Positions 41,280 to 51,529 of a DNA stretch of 64,000 bases are shown here, piece after piece. The stretch is from Candidatus Culexmicrobium cathedralense (GTDB lineage: Archaea; Thermoproteota; Methanomethylicia; Culexarchaeales; Culexmicrobiaceae): contig JANZKC010000003.1 of the NCBI GenBank assembly GCA_025061115.1, positions 160,001 to 224,000 of the forward strand, written 5' to 3'. Positions within the stretch are counted from its first letter, which is position 1, and each line of letters opens with the position of its first letter. Under the pieces are notes generated by a model, which saw only the letters and a list, made by a program, of their open reading frames with translations, searched no databases and was not told the DNA's origin. Position numbers and translations under genes: made by a program.

Positions 41280-41311
41280 GTAAACAAAATGTTTATATTA
41301 ACGTAAACAAA
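41280..41311. promoter_or_regulatory. vapBC operator-like repeats
   Basis: TAAACA-AAA-TGTTTA palindrome (41281-41295) and direct repeat GTAAACAAA at 41280 and 41303, upstream of the antitoxin. Confidence 0.45.
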
Positions 41312-41328
41312 TCGTATTACTGATCATT

Positions 41329-41553
41329 ATGTCAACTGTAATAAGTATCAGGATAAGAAGCGAAGTTAAGGAGCTTCTCGAGGAAGCAGGCATCAACATA
41401 AATTATGAGGTGAAAAAATTTCTAGAAGATTTAGCTTGGAAAGTGAGGGTAAAGAAGAATTTACTTATGATTGACGAATTTTTAAAGAATATGCCGCCTG
41501 CTCATAGAGGATTTGCAGTTAAATCAGTGAGGGAAGATCGTGAACGTCGTTGA
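41329..41553 (+). CDS. vapB: VapB-type antitoxin (RHH)
   Basis: STVISIRI N-terminal strand; VREDRERR tail overlapping the PIN gene. Confidence 0.82.
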   Translation: MSTVISIRIRSEVKELLEEAGININYEVKKFLEDLAWKVRVKKNLLMIDEFLKNMPPAHRGFAVKSVREDRERR

Positions 41554-41938
41554 CTCATCAATTATTGCAAAGTATATTTTAAGAGAAGAAGGCTGGGAGC
41601 AAGTCAGAAAATACCTTGAAGAAGGTGCTTTAACTTTTAAAATCGCAATTAAAGAAGCATTAAATGCTTTATGGAAGAGAGTTGTGATGAAAGAAATAGA
41701 ATCAAATTATGCCTTCCAGATCGCTAAAATATTATTAAAGCATCCCATCGTAAAATTCGAGCCTCAAGACCCATATTTGCCTGATGCATTTCGCATAGCA
41801 ACTGCAAGGAAAATAACCGTTTATGATGCGTTATTCATAGCTTTAGCTAAGCGCCATAATTCAAAACTCATTACTAGTGATAGAAAGCAAGCAGATGTAG
41901 CCGAAATTGAAAATGTAGAAGTTATATATATCCCATAA
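41540..41938 (+). CDS. vapC: VapC PIN-domain toxin
   Basis: VVDSSIIAK, KEALNAL, TVYDALFIALA, LITSDRKQ. Confidence 0.9.
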   Translation: MNVVDSSIIAKYILREEGWEQVRKYLEEGALTFKIAIKEALNALWKRVVMKEIESNYAFQIAKILLKHPIVKFEPQDPYLPDAFRIATARKITVYDALFIALAKRHNSKLITSDRKQADVAEIENVEVIYIP

Positions 41939-42012
41939 TAAGCTATCAATCGAATAATTCAGCTAATTTTTATAAGGAATTAAATATATTAAATTTAATT
42001 TTGATTCACTCA

Positions 42013-43188
42013 TTATGCTACCTTAATTAATTCATATTGATCACTGCCTATTCCGAGTTTTACTGCTGCTTCTATCATGCTTTTCCAGTCAGGTCCTCCC
42101 TGCGGTTTTGCATAGCTGAATGGCGGGTAGTCTATTAGGGCGGATAGCTTATCTTTCCCTGGTTCCATTACTCCGAGTTCGTCGACTGCAGATCCAGGTA
42201 TACCGGGCGAGTTATTTATCATGTCTATAGACGCCTTGTCGATTGCTACTGGATCTTTAGAGGCCAGTACTCCTATGTCAGGAACTATGGGGATGTCTGC
42301 GTATGCTGCGCAGTCGCAGTGTGGCGTTATGTCGTAGGCGAAATTGAAGAAGAACACTTTGTCTTTTCCAATGAGATTTATTATGGCAGACGCTGCATCT
42401 GCAACTCTTATTGATAATTCGCTGTTTCTTGGATGGTGCATTTCGCTCCAACTTGTAATTGCATTAATTGGACATATTGTCCAGCAGCCGCATCCCCAAA
42501 GGCATTTCTCTTCTATTACCTTTAAGTGGTTATCCACTAGTTGAATTGCCTTTGCTGGGCAAAATTCTACGCATTTCATACACTTATTGCACACTTCAAC
42601 TTTAATTTTCGGTTTCATCGCCAAGTGTAGTGGAGCCTTTCCAGACTTGGTTAGGCACCCTACACCGATATTCTTCAGTGCACCTCCAAATCCCGTTCTT
42701 GAATGCCCCTTGGCATGAGCAAGTGATACCAATGCGTCGGCTTCAGCAATAGCTTGGGCAACCTCAACTTCCTTAAGTCTTAAACCATTAACTTTCACTT
42801 TAACTCCACTAAATCCCTTTAAACCATCGGCTACAACTATTGGAGCTCCTAATGATTCAGGAGTATATCCATGCATTGCAGCTGCTTCCAAGCACTTTTC
42901 AGCTGTACCCCTACCTCCAGTGAGACCAACTCCAGTAGTATCCGTTATGAACGGCTTTGCACCTAACTCCTTAATCTTATCAACGATGACTCGAATATGA
43001 CTAGGCCTAATAAAGCGAAAATTGCCCGGCTCGCCGAAATGAATCTTTACTGCAACCAAATCACCTTTACTAATAGCGCTTGCCGCACCAGATTTATCAA
43101 AAAGTTTAGCCAATTTTACCTCCAAGTTTTCATTCTTCTTCCTCGACTTAACATCGATGAAATAAACTTTTGAAGCCACGACTATCAC
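42013..43188 (-). CDS. DUF362 Fe-S protein with internal ferredoxin
   Basis: VKIHFGEPGN, HAKGH, GGALKNIGVGC, CNKCMKCVEFCP, CDC, DPVAIDKAS. Confidence 0.88.
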   Translation of the reverse strand: MIVVASKVYFIDVKSRKKNENLEVKLAKLFDKSGAASAISKGDLVAVKIHFGEPGNFRFIRPSHIRVIVDKIKELGAKPFITDTTGVGLTGGRGTAEKCLEAAAMHGYTPESLGAPIVVADGLKGFSGVKVKVNGLRLKEVEVAQAIAEADALVSLAHAKGHSRTGFGGALKNIGVGCLTKSGKAPLHLAMKPKIKVEVCNKCMKCVEFCPAKAIQLVDNHLKVIEEKCLWGCGCWTICPINAITSWSEMHHPRNSELSIRVADAASAIINLIGKDKVFFFNFAYDITPHCDCAAYADIPIVPDIGVLASKDPVAIDKASIDMINNSPGIPGSAVDELGVMEPGKDKLSALIDYPPFSYAKPQGGPDWKSMIEAAVKLGIGSDQYELIKVA

Positions 43189-43722
43189 CGCAATACAATA
43201 TCTCCAACTATCCTATTATAACTACTTACGACTACTTATTAATGGTGTATTAAAACAATTTTATTGTAATATACTTTATCGTCAATCGTCGTGATACATT
43301 GCTAGATCATTGATTTTAGCAAATATTCATTTAATTATTTCCATTAATTATTTACTGCTTCTTTACACTAAATTTGAATTATATGTGTAATAATTAGACC
43401 ATTTTTCTATTACGAAAATAATGCAATATTAAAGATATATTTAGATTAAAATTGAATTAGACGATGTAATTAATCTAAGGATTTTTCATTTTCTTACCAT
43501 CGAAATTTTCTGGTTATTTGACGGTGTGATTTTAGCTGCATTTTTATGTTTGTCAGGTTGAAGGTTGTTGGTTTTATTCAAGTATTGTCGATTCGTTGTT
43601 GTTGATGTTATTACGTCAATTGACGTATAAACGCTCCATTAAATAATTATTTTGTTAAATTATTCGTAAAGAGTATATACTATTTTTATGAATAGTTATT
43701 AATGTATTATGGGGGGCAAATC

Positions 43723-45492
43723 GTGGATGAGTTTGATATTTTGATTGAAAATGCAATGATTGTTGATGGAACTGGCATGCAGAGGTTTGCTGGATATATA
43801 GGTGTTAAAGATGAAAAATTAGCATACTTATCAGTTGAAAAGCCTGGGGTAGATGCGAAGCATGTTATTGATGCTAAAGGGTTAATTGCTTGTCCAGGAT
43901 TTGTCGATATTCACGGTCACGCTGATGAAACTATTATCCTATATCCTAAAGCGGAGAACTATGTTTTACAGGGAGTTACTACTGTTGTTGGTGGTAATTG
44001 CGGCTTTTCACCGGCTCCAGTTGGCGATTATTGGTTGATGTCCTTTTGGGAGTTAGATTGGTGGCATGAGTTAAAGCCATTCAAGTATTATCCGCCGCTA
44101 ATGCATCCGGTGGAGAAGGTTAATGAGAAGTTGAAGGAGAAGTTTGGCTTTACAATTGATTGGCGTACTTTCGGTGAATATTTAGATAAAGTTGAGAGTA
44201 AAGGCATGTCGATTAATTTGGTGCCGATTGTTGGTCATAATGCTATTAGAGCTGCAGTTATGGGCGAAGATTTCAAGAGGAAGGCTAAGCCTGAAGAAAT
44301 TGAGAAGATGAAGGAGCATGTCAGGGAGGCTATGGAAGCTGGAGCTCATGGTTTGTCCAGTGGCCTCGATTATGCTCCAGGCTTTTACGCTGATACTCAA
44401 GAGCTAATTGAGCTTGTTAAGGTCGTTAAGGAATATAATGGAATTTATGCTACTCATTGGAGGAGAACTGGAATTAGAACCGAAACTAGAAGAGAAGTAA
44501 ATCCTCCTGAGAAAATTAAGGGCATTATCGAGGCAATTGAAATCGGTAGGAAGACTGGTGTTCCAGTTCAAGTTTCACATATCCTAACTGGATATGTAAT
44601 CTATCCTCCTCCACCACCTGAATTGCTTGAAGCTGCAGCAAAAGCTACTTTAAAGGTAATTGAAGATGCGAGGAAAGATGGAGTAGATATTGCATTCGAC
44701 TTAATTCCAAATACGACTGGCGGAGTATTTTCTGTTCCAAGGCTCATAGCTCTATTAACTCCATGGCTTAGGGAGGCTGGCTCAGAGGAAAAGTTGATTG
44801 AAAACCTAAAGGCTGAGGATTACAGGAGAGAAGTTAAAGAGGCAATTTACGCTGGGAAGTGGTATTCAGTTAATCCGATAATAAACCCATATTGGATGAA
44901 TGGAATTGTAATTAGAAAGTGTAAAAATGAAGAATACGTTGGCAAGACTCTTGGCGAGATTGCAAAAATTAAAAATGCAGATCCGGTTGACACGCTAATT
45001 GACTTGATAATTGAAGATCCTGGAACGCTTATTGAGCCCAAGATTGTGGATGAGCGTGAAGTAGTAACGTATGTTAAACATCCATTAGCAATGATAGGTA
45101 TAGACACTTTTGCACTGGACTTTAAGTGGGAAGCTAAGGTGCCTCCATACTACCTTCCTCACCCGAATACCTATGGAGCATATCCAAGATGTATCAGGCG
45201 ATTCGTAAAGGAATTAAAGGTACTTACACTAGAGGAGGCGATAAAAAAGGCGACTTACATGCCAGCGCAAAGAATGAAATTAAAGGATAGAGGAGCAATC
45301 AAAGTAGGTTACTATGCAGATATATTGCTTTTCGACTACAATTCCATAAGCGAGGGAGGAGATTACTTAACTCCAAGAAAACCGCCCAAAGGAATAAAAT
45401 ATGTCATCATCAATGGAAAAATAGTTGTAGAGAATGGGAAACATACGGGAGCCAAGCCTGGAAAACTATTGAGAAAGAAGGGCAAATCATAA
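43723..45492 (+). CDS. N-acyl-D-amino-acid deacylase (D-aminoacylase, amidohydrolase family)
   Basis: PGFVDIHGHAD, QGVTTVVGGNCGFS, SSGLDYAPG, HPNTYGAYPR, ADILLFD. Confidence 0.88.
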   Translation: MDEFDILIENAMIVDGTGMQRFAGYIGVKDEKLAYLSVEKPGVDAKHVIDAKGLIACPGFVDIHGHADETIILYPKAENYVLQGVTTVVGGNCGFSPAPVGDYWLMSFWELDWWHELKPFKYYPPLMHPVEKVNEKLKEKFGFTIDWRTFGEYLDKVESKGMSINLVPIVGHNAIRAAVMGEDFKRKAKPEEIEKMKEHVREAMEAGAHGLSSGLDYAPGFYADTQELIELVKVVKEYNGIYATHWRRTGIRTETRREVNPPEKIKGIIEAIEIGRKTGVPVQVSHILTGYVIYPPPPPELLEAAAKATLKVIEDARKDGVDIAFDLIPNTTGGVFSVPRLIALLTPWLREAGSEEKLIENLKAEDYRREVKEAIYAGKWYSVNPIINPYWMNGIVIRKCKNEEYVGKTLGEIAKIKNADPVDTLIDLIIEDPGTLIEPKIVDEREVVTYVKHPLAMIGIDTFALDFKWEAKVPPYYLPHPNTYGAYPRCIRRFVKELKVLTLEEAIKKATYMPAQRMKLKDRGAIKVGYYADILLFDYNSISEGGDYLTPRKPPKGIKYVIINGKIVVENGKHTGAKPGKLLRKKGKS

Positions 45493-45523
45493 TTTAAAAA
45501 TGATTAAACTACATTCTTTTACT

Positions 45524-45889
45524 TTAACAGGTTACGTGTAATATTGCTGCAACCCTCTTTCCTTCATTCCTAAGCTTATTAATTACTTCAATTACGCGTG
45601 GAGTAGTATCGATTATAATTTCTACTCCTCTATCCTTCACTATCTGGACGGCTTCATCTATTATGGGTAATGCTCCAAATTGTCCAGAGCCAATAACTAT
45701 AACCTCGGGGCCCTCATCTAACAACTCTTCAACTTCGGGAGGTGCAAGTGGTGTATGTAACCCTCTCTTAAAAGGCTTTGAAAGTTCCTTTTTACGCTTG
45801 GAAATTTGGCCATCAACGTGAATAACGATATCATGATTATATCTTTTTCCATCAACAATGATATAGCCAAATCCAGTTTTCTCAAGCAT
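45524..45889 (-). CDS. Mth938-like domain protein
   Basis: FGYIIVDGKRYNHDIVI, PEVIVIGSGQFGAL, AAILHVTC. Confidence 0.88.
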   Translation of the reverse strand: MLEKTGFGYIIVDGKRYNHDIVIHVDGQISKRKKELSKPFKRGLHTPLAPPEVEELLDEGPEVIVIGSGQFGALPIIDEAVQIVKDRGVEIIIDTTPRVIEVINKLRNEGKRVAAILHVTC

Positions 45890-45960
45890 AATTCCACCAC
45901 AATCTAAATAATACATGGGAGAACAAAACTATTACCACTAAAGTTAGGTGACTGATAAAA

Positions 45961-46473
45961 TTGAAAGCAGTAATATTTGATATTGATGGCGTAATAGCTG
46001 ATCCATCGAAGCGCCTTGAAAAATGCTTAAAGGAGCTAGGTGCAACCGATATAAAAAATATGTTTGGAGCCAAGCGAAGGAAATTTTGGAAAATATTCCT
46101 AAGTAGCAAGTATATGCATTTAGACAAGCCTATTGCTGTAAACATTGAGTATATTAGAAAATTGAAGGAACAAGGATACTACATCATCCTGCTAACTGGA
46201 AGAAGAAAAGATACGCAGGGGCAAGCTACTCTTAAACAGCTGGAGAGGTGGGGCGTTCCATATGATGAGATATATTTTAGATATCCAATGGACTTTAGAA
46301 AGGATGTAACATATAAGGCAAACATAATTAAGAAATTAAAAAGTAGAGGCTATGAAATAGTTGAGATATGGGATGACATGGAGAAGATAGCTCAAAAATT
46401 AAAGAAATTGGTGCCGAATGCAAAGGTTGTAGTTTATGATTTTAAAGAAAAAAGAATGTCAATTTTAATTTAA
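45961..46473 (+). CDS. HAD-superfamily phosphatase (polynucleotide kinase/phosphatase-like)
   Basis: FDIDGV, LLTGR, K, WDD motifs. Confidence 0.82.
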   Translation: MKAVIFDIDGVIADPSKRLEKCLKELGATDIKNMFGAKRRKFWKIFLSSKYMHLDKPIAVNIEYIRKLKEQGYYIILLTGRRKDTQGQATLKQLERWGVPYDEIYFRYPMDFRKDVTYKANIIKKLKSRGYEIVEIWDDMEKIAQKLKKLVPNAKVVVYDFKEKRMSILI

Positions 46474-46483
46474 TATTTTGAAA

Positions 46484-47059
46484 TTACAGTTCCTTCAAAT
46501 TGTTTGATGATGAAAGTATTAGCAGCATTGAAAGCATGTTGAAATCAATTTCCACCTTGGAGCGCCAGCCAATCTTTATAATTTGACCATCTTGCTCCAG
46601 ATAGCCGTATCTGACGAATTTATCTATTATATAGTCAATTCTCCATCGAGGAAGCTTTTCAGCTAATATGTCCTCAAGCTCCCGCCTATTAACTGAGCCG
46701 CCCCTCGAGTTTATGTAAGCCAAGGAAGCTGCTAGAGCGCCTATATCATCTATTCTCCAGCCAGCTGTTAATATATCAGTTAATTTAGCTGGATCCCTAA
46801 GAGTAACTATGAATAAAGCTTTATCATAATCTTCTATTGAAGCATTTTCAGGATTCACGTCGCCTTGAAAAACAACTTTAACTTTTAAGCCAAATTTAGC
46901 TAACTCTTCATCGAGAAGTTTAATTACATCCAAATATTTTCTGCCTAAAGATCTCTTAAGCTCCCAGCCCTTTACTCCTGCGCGCCTATGCCTTTGGAGT
47001 AAAAGTAGTTGAGCAGCTCTCCTAACTTTGCTAGAATAATCAATTTTCCTTCTGCTCAT
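46484..47059 (-). CDS. Kite-like (ScpB/Nse1/MukE-like) tandem winged-helix SMC partner
   Basis: Two wHTH-like segments; third gene of an overlapping operon with the SMC-like ATPase. Confidence 0.55.
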   Translation of the reverse strand: MSRRKIDYSSKVRRAAQLLLLQRHRRAGVKGWELKRSLGRKYLDVIKLLDEELAKFGLKVKVVFQGDVNPENASIEDYDKALFIVTLRDPAKLTDILTAGWRIDDIGALAASLAYINSRGGSVNRRELEDILAEKLPRWRIDYIIDKFVRYGYLEQDGQIIKIGWRSKVEIDFNMLSMLLILSSSNNLKEL

Positions 47060-47840
47060 TTAAATTAATCCTCCTTCTCCATTCATCATAAGTTATTGAA
47101 ATGGCAATAGATTTATTCTTAGAAACTTGGCTTGAACTACCCTTAGGAATTATAAGGTAGTCTCTCCTTTTAGGATCGAACTCCAAGGCAATATATCCAT
47201 ATGTGGCGAGAAAGCTAATCATGTACGCCTTTAAGAGGGAGATTTCATAATCGATATTCAAAACGAATTTCCAATATGAAATAGGTTTACCATTGGAATA
47301 GCTTAGAAGCCTTCTCCAAAACTCTTCAATCATATCATTAAATGATCCCTGTAAAGCAAGCTTCTCCTTTATTAAATCCTCAATTGAGGTCAATTCCACT
47401 CCGATGATAGGTGGAGGAAGCCTTCCCCACCTATCTTTTAAGGGTGGAAGATTCAACCAATAATTAATAGCTGCTTCAATAGCTTTTGGAGATATAGTCC
47501 TTATTGATGCTATTGGGTGCCATGCAGAAACGATAATTGAAGCTAACTTCTTTAAACTTAGAGTTTTGATTTTCCATTCAATAATCATTGGATCAAAATA
47601 GAGCCTAGAAGATCTGCTTTTGACCCAATCTCGCTGCAATTCCACAATTTTAGAAATCCGGTCTATTGCATCTAAATCTAAGGCTAAATCTTCAATGGAC
47701 AATGAATCTTTCAAATAATTCCTTAATTTTGAAAGCAATTCTGGAACGTTAACTTGGAATGGGTCGGAGCCACGCTTTATGACGTAATCACAAGACTTAA
47801 CTATCCTCTTAACTGTGCTAATATTCCTCCGCTTACTCAT
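47040..47840 (-). CDS. Kleisin-like (ScpA-like) SMC partner
   Basis: DPFQVNV matches the ScpA DPWDIDI motif; C-terminal winged helix (ISFLATYGYIALE). Confidence 0.6.
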   Translation of the reverse strand: MSKRRNISTVKRIVKSCDYVIKRGSDPFQVNVPELLSKLRNYLKDSLSIEDLALDLDAIDRISKIVELQRDWVKSRSSRLYFDPMIIEWKIKTLSLKKLASIIVSAWHPIASIRTISPKAIEAAINYWLNLPPLKDRWGRLPPPIIGVELTSIEDLIKEKLALQGSFNDMIEEFWRRLLSYSNGKPISYWKFVLNIDYEISLLKAYMISFLATYGYIALEFDPKRRDYLIIPKGSSSQVSKNKSIAISITYDEWRRRINLNEQKEN

Positions 47841-49702
47841 GGATTGACGCTCCTAACGATAGATTTTCCTCCAACATTTTGAACAACGATTATGTTAGCA
47901 TTCTTAATCTGCGGTATTATTGGGCTTGGAGTTATTGCAATGCATTGAACATTGCTACCTTCAGAAAAGGATGATACTAGCAATTTAGATATGATCTCCC
48001 TATTTCTTGGATCCATATGAATGTCAAATTCATCTACAGCTCTGAATGGAGATTTTATGAAGCTTTGAGCTGCCAAAAGAAAAGCCATGACTGCAGTTGT
48101 TCTTTCACCACCACTTTGAGAATATCCATCCAAAACAACTGGAGCATTTCCTCTGAAGCCGATTAAAATTTCCAAACCAGCTTCATCAACATCTTCAGCA
48201 TTGATCAATCTAACATACCCTGTAGCGCCAATTTCATTTAGAATATCTCCATAAATTTTGTTTATTTGGCTTAACACTTCACTAACAACTTTTCTCCAAA
48301 GTTTCACCCTTTCTTCAAGCTCATTTAATAGTAGTGCTCTATTTTGCTCAAGAATTCTTATTCGCTCAGATAGCTCCTCAAAGGTCTTAGAATAAGCTAA
48401 ATACATTTGCTCAACATCTTCTGAAACTTCGCCAATATACTCCAAACGCAATTCAACCATCCTAATTTTATCCAAAATTTCAGCTGGCTCGCCAACTTTT
48501 CCAGGGCGAGGCCCTAATGCTTCAGCTTCACTTATCAACATGTTTAATTCATTTAATCCTCTTGATAGATCCCTCTTCAACTCGATTAATTCAGCTTTGG
48601 CAGAATCCAATTTAAATTGTAATAACTCCAATCTAACTCTACTTTCAATGTATTTTTCATATAAATTCTCGATAGTGAAGTCAAGATCATTGATTTTCAC
48701 CTGAATTTCAGCCAATTTAGAATGTATTTCCTCTAAATCGATAATTGATGTTGACCCAAATAGCTTTACAATATTCTCTCTACCGATCTTTCCAGTCAAT
48801 TTATTTATAACTTCAATTCTTCCGGCTTCCCTGCTTTTTTCAATAAGATTTAGTAGTAAGGTTTTGCGTTGCATAGTAAGTTCATTTATTTTGCCTGTTA
48901 GATTTGAGCATTCAAGATTTATTCTTTTAATTCTCATTTTCATGGATGAAATCCTTTCTTCCAATTCTCTAATCTTATCTTCAATGCTATCGATTAAGGC
49001 TTCCTTCCTGCAAACCTTTGCCCATGCATGCTCGATTTTAAGTTCATTAAGCTCTCTTTCAAACTTCCTTCTCAACTCAAGTTTCTCATACTCGCTCCTC
49101 CAGAAATCAAGTGTTGTTTTTGCTCTTTCAAGTAGTCTGTGAACGCTTTCCTCCTCCTTCAATATCTTCCTCAATCTATTTTTGATGTCATTAATTCTTT
49201 CTCTATAATGGGTTAAGCCAATTGCATCCTCAAATATTCTAAGCTTCTCCTTAGGTGGAACAACTGCGAATTCTTCAACCATGTTTTGATGCATGATTAT
49301 TAGCATGTTATCTGGCTTGAATCCCAATGATCTTAATATTTCTTGAACTTCACTTTTCGTTTTAGTTTTACCATTAACTTCAAACCAGTACGACCCATCT
49401 GACCGTAAATACCTAGAAATTTTGATGGTATTTGAGTGGATTTTAGGATAAGGTCTTCTTCTACCTTTAGGTGAGTTGTCTATTATCAGTGAAACTCTCG
49501 CTAGCTTTTCACCCCACCTAATTAAATCGCTTAACCTTCGACCCCTCTCAGTATATGCTTGTCCAAGGGCAACTGATATTCCAAGTAGAATTGAAGACTT
49601 ACCTGCACCATTTGGCCCACATATGAGATTTAGACCTGGCTTGAGCGGAATTCTGCCAAACTCATATGACATGAAGTTTTCAAGTATAACTTCCAGTATC
49701 AT
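47837..49702 (-). CDS. Short SMC-family ATPase, SMC5/6-like
   Basis: LENFMS, GPNGAGKSSIL, coiled coil, QSGGERT, SPFRAVDEFDIHMDPRNR, ITP. Confidence 0.85.
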   Translation of the reverse strand: MILEVILENFMSYEFGRIPLKPGLNLICGPNGAGKSSILLGISVALGQAYTERGRRLSDLIRWGEKLARVSLIIDNSPKGRRRPYPKIHSNTIKISRYLRSDGSYWFEVNGKTKTKSEVQEILRSLGFKPDNMLIIMHQNMVEEFAVVPPKEKLRIFEDAIGLTHYRERINDIKNRLRKILKEEESVHRLLERAKTTLDFWRSEYEKLELRRKFERELNELKIEHAWAKVCRKEALIDSIEDKIRELEERISSMKMRIKRINLECSNLTGKINELTMQRKTLLLNLIEKSREAGRIEVINKLTGKIGRENIVKLFGSTSIIDLEEIHSKLAEIQVKINDLDFTIENLYEKYIESRVRLELLQFKLDSAKAELIELKRDLSRGLNELNMLISEAEALGPRPGKVGEPAEILDKIRMVELRLEYIGEVSEDVEQMYLAYSKTFEELSERIRILEQNRALLLNELEERVKLWRKVVSEVLSQINKIYGDILNEIGATGYVRLINAEDVDEAGLEILIGFRGNAPVVLDGYSQSGGERTTAVMAFLLAAQSFIKSPFRAVDEFDIHMDPRNREIISKLLVSSFSEGSNVQCIAITPSPIIPQIKNANIIVVQNVGGKSIVRSVNP

Positions 49703-49793
49703 TACCAGCTGAACCTCACATTAACATAAATATACTTTCTACCTAAAAATTAATTGTAACATGTAAATTTGATTATTCATGTAAGGTGAAATC

Positions 49794-50480
49794 TTGGTAG
49801 TAGCAGGTAAAATATTCAAACTTCGAGAAGCTATTCCGCTAAGGACAATAACTGCAAAATTATTGGATTACAAGGTGGAAGAGACGGTTGAGGAGCCTCC
49901 TCAAGAATTTACATTGCTCACTGAAATCGTAAACTTAGATCTAGTTGGAGATAGGATTAGAGGCTTATACACCAAGGATATTCTCATAAAAATATCTAGG
50001 AGAGGAGAAGAGGTTCCTATAGTTAAAACCCTTGAAGCTCCATTCACATTTACAGTTAGAGGAAATAATATTCTATTGACAATTATTGGAAAGAAGAATT
50101 GGGCTAACTACGTAGCAAACGAACTAAGCAAAATTATATTCATTAGTGTAGGCGGAATTGTTGAAGCAAGAATTTCACCGGAGACGCTGAGGCAATATCA
50201 TGAAGAAAATCCTGAAGGGACTAAAGTAATCTTCTTCGACAATGTTGACATTCCAAACATAGATAAACTTAGCTTGTATGGGCCAGATCTCAAAAACACA
50301 ATGCTATATAGCGAGTACTTATCCCATGGAAGCATCTGGTACATAGTTGCCACATCTAAGAAACATGGGTACGTAGTTGGAATAACTAGAAACTGCGTGA
50401 TAACCGTCTTCAGCAAAATTGATGAATACTCATTTTTCAGATTCGTTGAAGACGAAATATTTCCACTAATAGAAGTTTGA
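49794..50480 (+). CDS. Hypothetical protein divergent from the SMC-like operon
   Basis: Clean 228-aa ORF with GGTGA RBS; no motif recognised. Confidence 0.7.
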   Translation: MVVAGKIFKLREAIPLRTITAKLLDYKVEETVEEPPQEFTLLTEIVNLDLVGDRIRGLYTKDILIKISRRGEEVPIVKTLEAPFTFTVRGNNILLTIIGKKNWANYVANELSKIIFISVGGIVEARISPETLRQYHEENPEGTKVIFFDNVDIPNIDKLSLYGPDLKNTMLYSEYLSHGSIWYIVATSKKHGYVVGITRNCVITVFSKIDEYSFFRFVEDEIFPLIEV

Positions 50481-50565
50481 GCATTCTAGTTATTAACTAC
50501 CAAGAAAATTAGCGATAACATTTATCCCTGAAGGTTGAGTAAACCTATTTCTAGGTGCATAGACA

Positions 50566-51435
50566 TTGATCATTCTAGTCACGGGCCTTCTTCCATTTGA
50601 ATCTGGTAAAACTAGCTTTGTAAGCGAGCTAATTCAAACTTTAAGCGAAGTTGGAATTGAAGCAACTCCATTCAAGCCCATAGGAGGGCATAATGCTTGG
50701 TATCAATATGAAACCCTACTGAATAGTATTAAGCTTAAATGTCTCGTGGGAGAGGATGCCTATAAATTAGCAAAAATGGTTAATCGAATAGATGAAGTTG
50801 ACCTGCTATCCCCAATAGACATCTTACTGGCACCTCCAGACCCAATGAAACACCTCGAAAGCATGCATTACTTAATGGATGTTTATAGAAGCATGTTTAA
50901 ACAAGCCGTAATGCTAAGAACAACTCTATTTTTAAATGGTAAAGCATGCACGAAGCACTACTTAATAGAAGACAACTACGATAATGCTATTCAAACGCTA
51001 AAAAGCGATATAGATGCTCTCATTGAAGTTATTGGAGATGTAAATAATATTAACTATGATGACTTTATGAACAAAATTTTAGATCCAAGCCTCTACAATG
51101 AAGTTGATAAAATATTGCGGTACCTTATATCAAGGGATAAGAATGTCATCATAGAAAGCTTTAATGATGCAGCATTACCTATTCCAAAAGCAATCAACTC
51201 AGACTACGTAATTATAGTATCTCCAGGACGCGTATTTCTATATAGGGGTGAAGTATATGCAAGAGCTGCAAGTGTACTAGAAGAATATAGAAGTCCACTA
51301 TCAATCAAAACCCAAACAATAATGCCTTTATGCAGGCCACTTGCAATCATACCTTGGAAGCCAAAAAGCAAAGAAGCAATTAAGCCCTCTGAGGCAGCCA
51401 ACCAAGTTGCAAAGATAATATTAAGACCTAGATAA
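50566..51435 (+). CDS. Predicted P-loop ATPase/GTPase (dethiobiotin-synthase-like fold)
   Basis: GLLPFESGKTS, PFKPIGGHNAWYQY, IIESFNDAALP. Confidence 0.75.
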   Translation: MIILVTGLLPFESGKTSFVSELIQTLSEVGIEATPFKPIGGHNAWYQYETLLNSIKLKCLVGEDAYKLAKMVNRIDEVDLLSPIDILLAPPDPMKHLESMHYLMDVYRSMFKQAVMLRTTLFLNGKACTKHYLIEDNYDNAIQTLKSDIDALIEVIGDVNNINYDDFMNKILDPSLYNEVDKILRYLISRDKNVIIESFNDAALPIPKAINSDYVIIVSPGRVFLYRGEVYARAASVLEEYRSPLSIKTQTIMPLCRPLAIIPWKPKSKEAIKPSEAANQVAKIILRPR

Positions 51436-51529
51436 TCAACATTAATCACTTCATAAAGCCATATCTGTTGTGAAATTGCAACTAATATGCTTTAATAAGT
51501 ATGGATGCATACTGATTTTAGGTGCCACT

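Larger units (their letters stand above)
35560..41940. mobile_element. Putative small genomic island (resolvase to vapBC)
   Basis: Bounded by the res/resolvase and a TA module; cargo is an ABC exporter cassette and secreted proteins; exact ends not identified. Confidence 0.4.

Noticed and set aside
43190-43700. Long AT-rich spacer as a CRISPR leader/array or chromosomal origin (also 12860-13260 and 25270-25580)
   Set aside because: No regularly spaced repeats, ORB-like boxes, cas or cdc6 genes seen
46484-49702. Wadjet (JetABCD) or Rad50/Mre11
   Set aside because: No Toprim JetD or Mre11 gene adjacent, no zinc hook, and the ATPase is too short
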